A DNA stretch of 7,767 nt from Naegleria gruberi (taxonomy: Eukaryota): the NCBI GenBank assembly GCA_000004985.1, contig GG739109.1, one strand, 5' to 3'. The notes under the pieces were generated by a model, which ran no database searches, had not been told where the DNA came from, and worked only from the letters and a program-made list of their open reading frames with translations. Shown in pieces: positions 1-7,621 of the stretch (position 1 is its first letter; every line of letters starts with the position of its first letter). Both the position numbers and the translations under genes were made by a program.

Positions 1-616
1 GAAGTGGGAATACACGAGAAGATACAGAGCTAGAGGAAGAGGTTGTTGATTTACCTTTTTTAGCAAGAGTAGAAGCACCTCCAGAAGATCTCATTCTGGG
101 AATTCTCTTATTGGAGGTTGATTTCTTGGTTGGCTTTGAAGTTCGTTTTTTTGGAGAAGTGGAAACTGAAATTTTCATTGTTTTGGATGCTGCTTTTTGG
201 CCGCGAACTTTCTTATTGGAAACTGGTGCTGAATTCTTCTTTCCTTTTGTTTTTCTTGCAGTTTTTCCATTAGACTTGTTCTTTGTTTCTAATTGTCCAT
301 TGTTATTAGAAACTTTGGACGAATCTACTTCCTTTTCTTTCTTTTGCGAATGAATCTTATCCAATACATCTTTAAAACGATCCATCACAGACGAATCCAT
401 GCTAAATATCTTCTTCAAGTCACCCAAAGTTTTTCCTGCGAATACTTTGTGAGCTTTCGCTCTCCATCCAAAGTTATTCGAATTGATTCTTTGAATTAAA
501 GATGGATCGTTGGCTGGAGTGTTATTTGGCTTTCCTGCAAGAACTGTCATCACACAACAAAGCAATAAAAATAATGTCAAGAGATGACAAGTGGCGTTTG
601 TGTGAATTTTGCTCAT
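1..616 (-). CDS. Secreted Lys/Ser-rich protein with an N-terminal signal peptide and a cathepsin-B-type propeptide-like segment. 5' complete (ATG 616-614) and 3' partial, running off the window at position 1.
   Basis: The frame is uninterrupted for 205 codons from ATG 616-614 to position 2, and an in-frame TAA lies 3 codons upstream (625-623). Both other minus frames hit stops quickly. Translation begins MSKIHTNATCHLLTLFLLLCCVMTVLA|GKP (n-region, a 16-aa hydrophobic core, V-L-A cleavage motif). It continues ...PSLIQRINSNNFGWRAKAHKVFAGKTLGDLKKIFSMD, then a K/S-rich tail (..SPKKRTSKPTKKSTSNKR..). The three plus-strand track ORFs here (111-353, 293-499, 502-690) are antisense to it. The track missed this ORF because it has no stop inside the window. 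Confidence 0.7.
   Translation of the reverse strand, partial: MSKIHTNATCHLLTLFLLLCCVMTVLAGKPNNTPANDPSLIQRINSNNFGWRAKAHKVFAGKTLGDLKKIFSMDSSVMDRFKDVLDKIHSQKKEKEVDSSKVSNNNGQLETKNKSNGKTARKTKGKKNSAPVSNKKVRGQKAASKTMKISVSTSPKKRTSKPTKKSTSNKRIPRMRSSGGASTLAKKGKSTTSSSSSVSSRVFPL
536..616 (-). other. Predicted signal peptide (residues 1-27) of the secreted protein
   Basis: MSKIHTNATCH, then LLTLFLLLCCVMTVLA, then cleavage context VLA|GK. I judged this by eye against the n/h/c rule, not with a predictor. Confidence 0.6.
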
Positions 617-793
617 TTTTTTTTAACGATGTTCGAATAAGAGATCTGTTATTTTCAATATTTCACAAATCACTTTCCCCAAGGAGGTGACATGATTAAT
701 ATGGCAGGAGTTTTTATCATTTACAATTATTCCAATAATTTTAAAAGAATGTTATTCGAAACACTGGATTATTGTAAAGTATAGTAAAGACTA

Positions 794-843
794 TTAAAAA
801 TACAACTTGATCAATGAATATTCAGGAGTAATTCCCATTCTCA
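794..843 (-). CDS. Terminal exon of the metallophosphoesterase gene (..LRMGITPEYSLIKLYF*), with stop TAA at 796-794
   Basis: The preceding exon ends ...GGA TTT CCA T immediately followed by a perfect GTAAGT donor, the T of which would otherwise begin an in-frame TAA. Joining the 1-nt overhang T(891) to TG(843-842) gives L, then RMGITPEYSLIKLYF*. The P-x-R..PE..L..L pattern matches the C-terminal tail I recall for YaeI-family proteins, but that recollection is from memory. The acceptor (gaatag) is weak by the C. elegans TTTCAG standard. Confidence 0.6.
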
Positions 844-890
844 CTATTCGAAATTCAAATAAAACCAAATATAGACATCATATTACTTAC
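844..890 (-). other. Intron, 47 nt (GTAAGTAAT...TTCGAATAG) on the minus strand
   Basis: The donor is a perfect GTAAGT. The length equals the modal Caenorhabditis intron size. The splice is phase 1 and continues the frame into a family-consistent tail. Confidence 0.6.
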
Positions 891-1387
891 ATGGAAATCC
901 GTAATGTCCAGTTCCTCTATGACTATACACTCTTAACTTTCCTCTTCCATATAATCCCTGATCTGGTGGATAAACCTTCTCATACCTTTCCTTCTTAATC
1001 AATTTCATAATCTTGTACATTGTCTTGACAAGTGTCATTCGTTTTTTTGGCCCTATTCGAATCTGACCTCCATGATAATGTCCTGAAAAGATTATCTCAC
1101 AACTATCATCCAATGGCACGTATGAAATCATGGCTGGATTGTGAATTAGGAAAATTCTTGGAATTTCATTTGATTTTCTTGGGAAATTCTTGAATAATTT
1201 TTCAGTTTTTTCTTTTGCAATTTTTCGGTCAAAGTAAAATAAAGAGCCAACAATTTGGACTTGAAATGGTTTGTTCAATATTTTGGTCAATCTGGGGATT
1301 TCGATGAGTAATTCGTCGTTTTCTAAGAGAGGAATGTTGTTTTCAATGTAGGCTTGTTTGATTTTTTCGTGAGCTTCATAATCATGA
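891..1387 (-). CDS. Main exon of the YaeI/YkuE-type (calcineurin-like) metallophosphoesterase gene
   Basis: Translation: HDYEAHEKIKQAYIENNIPLLENDELLIEIPRLTKILNK...PRIFLIHNPAMISYVPLDDSCEIIFSGHYHGGQIRIGP...GLYGRGKLRVYSHRGTGHYGFP. It contains the hallmark LIHNP and SGHxHGGQIR motifs of this family. Track ORF 883-1290 is its 3' part: the track's 'M' at 1290 is TTG (Leu), and the frame is open upstream to the splice acceptor at 1387/1388. Confidence 0.85.
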
Positions 1388-1444
1388 CTGAGAAAGGTTT
1401 AGTTTTAAAGAGAGAGGTAAGGAAAATATTCGAAAGTTACTTAC
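1388..1444 (-). other. Intron, 57 nt (GTAAGTAAC...CCTTTCTCAG) on the minus strand
   Basis: Removing it joins ...KVVACIGN to HDYEAHE..., rebuilding motif III (GNHD) of metallophosphoesterases. The Asn codon is split AA|T across the intron (phase 2). The unspliced read-through hits a stop (TAA 1401-1399) instead. Confidence 0.85.
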
Positions 1445-1534
1445 TTTCCAATGCATGCTACTACTTTATAAGAAATATCTTTCAGTGGAGAAAGGGCTTC
1501 TTTTAAACATGTGAAATCTTCATGACAATCACGT
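1445..1534 (-). CDS. Upstream exon (partial) of the metallophosphoesterase gene; its 5' boundary is uncertain and the rest of the gene is in the N gap
   Basis: Translation: (x)RDCHEDFTCLKEALSPLKDISYKVVACIGN. The LSPL...AC-GNHD spacing fits the region between motif II and motif III in YaeI-like proteins. There is an in-frame TGA at 1572-1570, so an acceptor must lie between; the candidate is ..aaatatag|A ending at 1535. The family's GD-x-x-D motif II would then sit in a further upstream exon hidden by the gap. Confidence 0.45.
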
Positions 1535-1574
1535 CTATATTTGGTAATATTTAAATTTTTTTTTGAATTTCATT

Positions 1575-4500
1575 NNNNNNNNNNNNNNNNNNNNNNNNNN
1601 NNNNNNNNNNNNNNNNNNNNNNNNNNNNNNNNNNNNNNNNNNNNNNNNNNNNNNNNNNNNNNNNNNNNNNNNNNNNNNNNNNNNNNNNNNNNNNNNNNNN
1701 NNNNNNNNNNNNNNNNNNNNNNNNNNNNNNNNNNNNNNNNNNNNNNNNNNNNNNNNNNNNNNNNNNNNNNNNNNNNNNNNNNNNNNNNNNNNNNNNNNNN
1801 NNNNNNNNNNNNNNNNNNNNNNNNNNNNNNNNNNNNNNNNNNNNNNNNNNNNNNNNNNNNNNNNNNNNNNNNNNNNNNNNNNNNNNNNNNNNNNNNNNNN
1901 NNNNNNNNNNNNNNNNNNNNNNNNNNNNNNNNNNNNNNNNNNNNNNNNNNNNNNNNNNNNNNNNNNNNNNNNNNNNNNNNNNNNNNNNNNNNNNNNNNNN
2001 NNNNNNNNNNNNNNNNNNNNNNNNNNNNNNNNNNNNNNNNNNNNNNNNNNNNNNNNNNNNNNNNNNNNNNNNNNNNNNNNNNNNNNNNNNNNNNNNNNNN
2101 NNNNNNNNNNNNNNNNNNNNNNNNNNNNNNNNNNNNNNNNNNNNNNNNNNNNNNNNNNNNNNNNNNNNNNNNNNNNNNNNNNNNNNNNNNNNNNNNNNNN
2201 NNNNNNNNNNNNNNNNNNNNNNNNNNNNNNNNNNNNNNNNNNNNNNNNNNNNNNNNNNNNNNNNNNNNNNNNNNNNNNNNNNNNNNNNNNNNNNNNNNNN
2301 NNNNNNNNNNNNNNNNNNNNNNNNNNNNNNNNNNNNNNNNNNNNNNNNNNNNNNNNNNNNNNNNNNNNNNNNNNNNNNNNNNNNNNNNNNNNNNNNNNNN
2401 NNNNNNNNNNNNNNNNNNNNNNNNNNNNNNNNNNNNNNNNNNNNNNNNNNNNNNNNNNNNNNNNNNNNNNNNNNNNNNNNNNNNNNNNNNNNNNNNNNNN
2501 NNNNNNNNNNNNNNNNNNNNNNNNNNNNNNNNNNNNNNNNNNNNNNNNNNNNNNNNNNNNNNNNNNNNNNNNNNNNNNNNNNNNNNNNNNNNNNNNNNNN
2601 NNNNNNNNNNNNNNNNNNNNNNNNNNNNNNNNNNNNNNNNNNNNNNNNNNNNNNNNNNNNNNNNNNNNNNNNNNNNNNNNNNNNNNNNNNNNNNNNNNNN
2701 NNNNNNNNNNNNNNNNNNNNNNNNNNNNNNNNNNNNNNNNNNNNNNNNNNNNNNNNNNNNNNNNNNNNNNNNNNNNNNNNNNNNNNNNNNNNNNNNNNNN
2801 NNNNNNNNNNNNNNNNNNNNNNNNNNNNNNNNNNNNNNNNNNNNNNNNNNNNNNNNNNNNNNNNNNNNNNNNNNNNNNNNNNNNNNNNNNNNNNNNNNNN
2901 NNNNNNNNNNNNNNNNNNNNNNNNNNNNNNNNNNNNNNNNNNNNNNNNNNNNNNNNNNNNNNNNNNNNNNNNNNNNNNNNNNNNNNNNNNNNNNNNNNNN
3001 NNNNNNNNNNNNNNNNNNNNNNNNNNNNNNNNNNNNNNNNNNNNNNNNNNNNNNNNNNNNNNNNNNNNNNNNNNNNNNNNNNNNNNNNNNNNNNNNNNNN
3101 NNNNNNNNNNNNNNNNNNNNNNNNNNNNNNNNNNNNNNNNNNNNNNNNNNNNNNNNNNNNNNNNNNNNNNNNNNNNNNNNNNNNNNNNNNNNNNNNNNNN
3201 NNNNNNNNNNNNNNNNNNNNNNNNNNNNNNNNNNNNNNNNNNNNNNNNNNNNNNNNNNNNNNNNNNNNNNNNNNNNNNNNNNNNNNNNNNNNNNNNNNNN
3301 NNNNNNNNNNNNNNNNNNNNNNNNNNNNNNNNNNNNNNNNNNNNNNNNNNNNNNNNNNNNNNNNNNNNNNNNNNNNNNNNNNNNNNNNNNNNNNNNNNNN
3401 NNNNNNNNNNNNNNNNNNNNNNNNNNNNNNNNNNNNNNNNNNNNNNNNNNNNNNNNNNNNNNNNNNNNNNNNNNNNNNNNNNNNNNNNNNNNNNNNNNNN
3501 NNNNNNNNNNNNNNNNNNNNNNNNNNNNNNNNNNNNNNNNNNNNNNNNNNNNNNNNNNNNNNNNNNNNNNNNNNNNNNNNNNNNNNNNNNNNNNNNNNNN
3601 NNNNNNNNNNNNNNNNNNNNNNNNNNNNNNNNNNNNNNNNNNNNNNNNNNNNNNNNNNNNNNNNNNNNNNNNNNNNNNNNNNNNNNNNNNNNNNNNNNNN
3701 NNNNNNNNNNNNNNNNNNNNNNNNNNNNNNNNNNNNNNNNNNNNNNNNNNNNNNNNNNNNNNNNNNNNNNNNNNNNNNNNNNNNNNNNNNNNNNNNNNNN
3801 NNNNNNNNNNNNNNNNNNNNNNNNNNNNNNNNNNNNNNNNNNNNNNNNNNNNNNNNNNNNNNNNNNNNNNNNNNNNNNNNNNNNNNNNNNNNNNNNNNNN
3901 NNNNNNNNNNNNNNNNNNNNNNNNNNNNNNNNNNNNNNNNNNNNNNNNNNNNNNNNNNNNNNNNNNNNNNNNNNNNNNNNNNNNNNNNNNNNNNNNNNNN
4001 NNNNNNNNNNNNNNNNNNNNNNNNNNNNNNNNNNNNNNNNNNNNNNNNNNNNNNNNNNNNNNNNNNNNNNNNNNNNNNNNNNNNNNNNNNNNNNNNNNNN
4101 NNNNNNNNNNNNNNNNNNNNNNNNNNNNNNNNNNNNNNNNNNNNNNNNNNNNNNNNNNNNNNNNNNNNNNNNNNNNNNNNNNNNNNNNNNNNNNNNNNNN
4201 NNNNNNNNNNNNNNNNNNNNNNNNNNNNNNNNNNNNNNNNNNNNNNNNNNNNNNNNNNNNNNNNNNNNNNNNNNNNNNNNNNNNNNNNNNNNNNNNNNNN
4301 NNNNNNNNNNNNNNNNNNNNNNNNNNNNNNNNNNNNNNNNNNNNNNNNNNNNNNNNNNNNNNNNNNNNNNNNNNNNNNNNNNNNNNNNNNNNNNNNNNNN
4401 NNNNNNNNNNNNNNNNNNNNNNNNNNNNNNNNNNNNNNNNNNNNNNNNNNNNNNNNNNNNNNNNNNNNNNNNNNNNNNNNNNNNNNNNNNNNNNNNNNNN

Positions 4501-6383
4501 NNNNNNNNNNNNNNNNNNNNNNNNNNNNNNNNNNNNNNNNNNNNNNNNNNNNNNNNNNNNNNNNNNNNNNNNNNNNNNNNNNNNNNNNNNNNNNNNNNNN
4601 NNNNNNNNNNNNNNNNNNNNNNNNNNNNNNNNNNNNNNNNNNNNNNNNNNNNNNNNNNNNNNNNNNNNNNNNNNNNNNNNNNNNNNNNNNNNNNNNNNNN
4701 NNNNNNNNNNNNNNNNNNNNNNNNNNNNNNNNNNNNNNNNNNNNNNNNNNNNNNNNNNNNNNNNNNNNNNNNNNNNNNNNNNNNNNNNNNNNNNNNNNNN
4801 NNNNNNNNNNNNNNNNNNNNNNNNNNNNNNNNNNNNNNNNNNNNNNNNNNNNNNNNNNNNNNNNNNNNNNNNNNNNNNNNNNNNNNNNNNNNNNNNNNNN
4901 NNNNNNNNNNNNNNNNNNNNNNNNNNNNNNNNNNNNNNNNNNNNNNNNNNNNNNNNNNNNNNNNNNNNNNNNNNNNNNNNNNNNNNNNNNNNNNNNNNNN
5001 NNNNNNNNNNNNNNNNNNNNNNNNNNNNNNNNNNNNNNNNNNNNNNNNNNNNNNNNNNNNNNNNNNNNNNNNNNNNNNNNNNNNNNNNNNNNNNNNNNNN
5101 NNNNNNNNNNNNNNNNNNNNNNNNNNNNNNNNNNNNNNNNNNNNNNNNNNNNNNNNNNNNNNNNNNNNNNNNNNNNNNNNNNNNNNNNNNNNNNNNNNNN
5201 NNNNNNNNNNNNNNNNNNNNNNNNNNNNNNNNNNNNNNNNNNNNNNNNNNNNNNNNNNNNNNNNNNNNNNNNNNNNNNNNNNNNNNNNNNNNNNNNNNNN
5301 NNNNNNNNNNNNNNNNNNNNNNNNNNNNNNNNNNNNNNNNNNNNNNNNNNNNNNNNNNNNNNNNNNNNNNNNNNNNNNNNNNNNNNNNNNNNNNNNNNNN
5401 NNNNNNNNNNNNNNNNNNNNNNNNNNNNNNNNNNNNNNNNNNNNNNNNNNNNNNNNNNNNNNNNNNNNNNNNNNNNNNNNNNNNNNNNNNNNNNNNNNNN
5501 NNNNNNNNNNNNNNNNNNNNNNNNNNNNNNNNNNNNNNNNNNNNNNNNNNNNNNNNNNNNNNNNNNNNNNNNNNNNNNNNNNNNNNNNNNNNNNNNNNNN
5601 NNNNNNNNNNNNNNNNNNNNNNNNNNNNNNNNNNNNNNNNNNNNNNNNNNNNNNNNNNNNNNNNNNNNNNNNNNNNNNNNNNNNNNNNNNNNNNNNNNNN
5701 NNNNNNNNNNNNNNNNNNNNNNNNNNNNNNNNNNNNNNNNNNNNNNNNNNNNNNNNNNNNNNNNNNNNNNNNNNNNNNNNNNNNNNNNNNNNNNNNNNNN
5801 NNNNNNNNNNNNNNNNNNNNNNNNNNNNNNNNNNNNNNNNNNNNNNNNNNNNNNNNNNNNNNNNNNNNNNNNNNNNNNNNNNNNNNNNNNNNNNNNNNNN
5901 NNNNNNNNNNNNNNNNNNNNNNNNNNNNNNNNNNNNNNNNNNNNNNNNNNNNNNNNNNNNNNNNNNNNNNNNNNNNNNNNNNNNNNNNNNNNNNNNNNNN
6001 NNNNNNNNNNNNNNNNNNNNNNNNNNNNNNNNNNNNNNNNNNNNNNNNNNNNNNNNNNNNNNNNNNNNNNNNNNNNNNNNNNNNNNNNNNNNNNNNNNNN
6101 NNNNNNNNNNNNNNNNNNNNNNNNNNNNNNNNNNNNNNNNNNNNNNNNNNNNNNNNNNNNNNNNNNNNNNNNNNNNNNNNNNNNNNNNNNNNNNNNNNNN
6201 NNNNNNNNNNNNNNNNNNNNNNNNNNNNNNNNNNNNNNNNNNNNNNNNNNNNNNNNNNNNNNNNNNNNNNNNNNNNNNNNNNNNNNNNNNNNNNNNNNNN
6301 NNNNNNNNNNNNNNNNNNNNNNNNNNNNNNNNNNNNNNNNNNNNNNNNNNNNNNNNNNNNNNNNNNNNNNNNNNNNNNNNNNN
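1575..6383. other. Scaffold gap (4809 N)
   Basis: Directly visible. The non-round length suggests a size-estimated gap from paired reads. The three kb-long track ORFs through this region (1535-6442 minus, 1541-6472 plus, 1563-6515 plus) are artefacts of N being translated as X. Confidence 0.99.
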
Positions 6384-6620
6384 ACCATATTTATTATCAG
6401 TTTTTCATTATTNTATGTTTTGGCTTGGAGAGAGATTTCCAAACCTTTTTTGATTCACTCCTTCAAGAGTGATTCAAAAATTATCAAACTCATTGTGAAC
6501 ATATTTCAAAGATAACCAACTTTTTCAACATCTACAAGATAGGGATCACACTCATATCAATTTTTTTGGTATGGTTCGAGCCTCAGTTTCTTTAATAAAT
6601 ACAAGACGTAGAATTCTGGA

Positions 6621-6818
6621 ATGTTTCTAGTTGATGTACACAAATCATTGCAATATCCATGGAAAGAAACACTGGAAATGAGTATAAGAGATTCTGGAGT
6701 TACACAATTGGCTGATCAGGATGTGCTCAATACTCTCGATAGAAAAACGAATGGAACATGGTTTCATGAAATGTTATTGGAAGATTGTCATAATTATGTG
6801 GGGGTGGGTGGGTCGTGA
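6621..6818 (+). CDS. Hypothetical 65-codon ORF (MFLVDVHKSLQYPWKETLEM...), coding status unresolved
   Basis: The composition looks protein-like, but codon usage is poor (CTA, GTA, ATA, ACG, TTA). No convincing donor site lies inside it. Its last 10 codons are encoded by the repeat and inverted-repeat sequence. The opposite strand is not coding here. Confidence 0.2.
   Translation: MFLVDVHKSLQYPWKETLEMSIRDSGVTQLADQDVLNTLDRKTNGTWFHEMLLEDCHNYVGVGGS
6778..6796 (+). repeat. Left arm of a perfect 19-bp inverted repeat (TGGAAGATTGTCATAATTA)
   Basis: This is the exact reverse complement of 7282-7300. Both flanking bases on each side mismatch, so the arms are exactly 19 nt. Confidence 0.85.
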
Positions 6819-6864
6819 AAAAAGGATGTCCATAATTACGTGGTCCAGAGTGGGTCAGAAAGTA
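6781..6864 (+). repeat. Two ~42-nt tandem direct repeat units (6781-6822 and 6823-6864), each with a GTC(C)ATAATTA(Y)GTGG...GTGGGTC core
   Basis: Hand alignment of aagattgtcataattatgtgggggtgggtgggtcgtgaaaaa against aggatgtccataattacgtggtccagagtgggtcagaaagta gives about 70% identity. The first unit overlaps the left inverted-repeat arm. A second repeat pair, 'aaagtagagc', sits at 6859-6868 and 6891-6900. Confidence 0.55.
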
Positions 6865-7208
6865 GAGCAGAGCAAAAACAAAAATTGGCAAAAGTAGAGC
6901 CGAAGGTTTATTAGCCAAGAGTGAGACAGCGTTCAAAGTATCAATTATCACTTGTTCTGCTAGCAACAAGTACTTCTGGGTTCTTGATTGTTTGTGTACC
7001 AACAACTTTGGGTAGGCATTCATCTAGATTGTTATGGTTGAATGTGCTATGGCTGATGTGGAAGGAAGCAAAGGGAGAACTCTCCTCCTGGTGGTACTGA
7101 TGAAGGTTGGTAGTTAGCAGGGTGGTGATGAAATCATGAGTAATTGTTGTTTGTTGTTTTTTTTTGTTGAATTTATAACGGTCAGAACATTCAACTTTCA
7201 GCGGTAAC

Positions 7209-7358
7209 ATGTTTGCTGGTAGTGTGAAAAAACTCACATGCAGTGGCCAGGATTTGTTGGGACGATCTTACAGTGGGGTTGTAATTATGACAATCTTCCA
7301 TTCACAACAATCCAGACACTTTCAAATCCAAATTGTGGAAATACCATCTTTCCACGAC
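7209..7358 (+). CDS. Candidate plus-strand first exon (50 codons) placed directly behind a TTTCAG acceptor. This is an alternative model to the minus-strand ORF at the window end.
   Basis: TTTCAG at 7196-7201 sits 7 nt before ATG 7209, a spacing typical of trans-spliced nematode gene starts. The exon ends GAC|GTGAGC at 7358/7359 in phase 0. A frame-compatible acceptor ..cttatacag|ATA lies at 7615/7616 and opens a frame to the window end. Against it: the exon runs through the right inverted-repeat arm, and codon usage is mediocre (ACG, GGC, GTA). Confidence 0.2.
7282..7300 (-). repeat. Right arm of the 19-bp inverted repeat
   Basis: Plus strand reads TAATTATGACAATCTTCCA, the reverse complement of 6778-6796. 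The spacer is 485 nt and the total span 523 nt. Confidence 0.85.
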
Positions 7359-7621
7359 GTGAGCACTTATTTGATTGGATTGAAAATCCTAACTATACTC
7401 TTACATGTTCTTGAACTCGTATTTAACAATCTTGTGCAAGAACAAAAAAAATAATTTAGCAATTATCTATCAACATTATCCTTTTCTGTGCAATGCACTA
7501 ATTCTTCATTCAACACCTCTGTTGTGAAATATTCACTAAAATCAAAAGTTATACTCTTTCTGTCTCAAAATTAAGAATGACATGAAATAATTTGATTCTG
7601 TTTAAACTTATACAGATACTC

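Noticed and set aside
111-690. Plus-strand track ORFs 111-353, 293-499 and 502-690 (Phe/Leu-rich peptides)
   Set aside because: All lie antisense to the much longer minus-strand ORF 1-616, which has a signal peptide. Their F/L richness is what the reverse complement of Lys-rich AAA/AAG codons produces.
681-783. Perfect bacterial Shine-Dalgarno AAGGAGGTGA followed 3 nt later by ATG and a 30-codon ORF (MINMAGVFIIYNYSNNFKRMLFETLDYCKV*)
   Set aside because: The window is demonstrably eukaryotic, with spliceosomal introns that rebuild conserved motifs. This stretch is the intergenic or 3'-UTR region of minus-strand genes, so the SD-like 10-mer is taken as coincidence.
807-998. Plus-strand track ORF 807-998
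   Set aside because: It is antisense to the terminal exons and intron of the metallophosphoesterase gene and has no features of its own.
883-1290. Track ORF boundaries 883-1290 taken at face value as a 135-aa protein starting with Met
   Set aside because: The 'M' is TTG (Leu) at 1290-1288. The frame continues open upstream to the acceptor at 1387, and the TAA at 885-883 is bypassed by a GTAAGT donor starting at 890. The real coding unit is the spliced exon set.
1535-6515. Three ORFs of about 1640 aa on both strands (1535-6442 minus, 1541-6472 plus, 1563-6515 plus)
   Set aside because: Each is roughly 1600 X residues from the N-run translated as unknown codons. The few real flanking codons are AT-rich and have stops in neighbouring frames.
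7034-7117. 28-codon plus ORF MVECAMADVEGSKGRTLLLVVLMKVGS* with an AAG|GTTGGT donor-like end
   Set aside because: It is too short, and splicing to the TTTCAG at 7196-7201 in phase 0 gives an immediate stop (CGG TAA). It sits inside the inverted-repeat-bounded repeat region.
6727-7237. Minus-strand track ORFs 6727-7023 and 6941-7237
   Set aside because: They have low-complexity, His/Thr/Asn-rich translations with no motifs. They overlap each other and the repeat interior and begin at non-ATG or weak starts, so they look like chance opens in repeat DNA.
7269-7300. TA|CAGTGGGG... resembling Tc1/Tc3-family transposon termini (TA target plus CAGTG end)
   Set aside because: No matching inverted terminus lies to the right within the window. 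The only partner, at 6778-6806, is oriented so that the element would be inside-out, and its corresponding end reads CACCCCCACAT, not CAGTG. The 19-bp arm pair is the better-supported structure.
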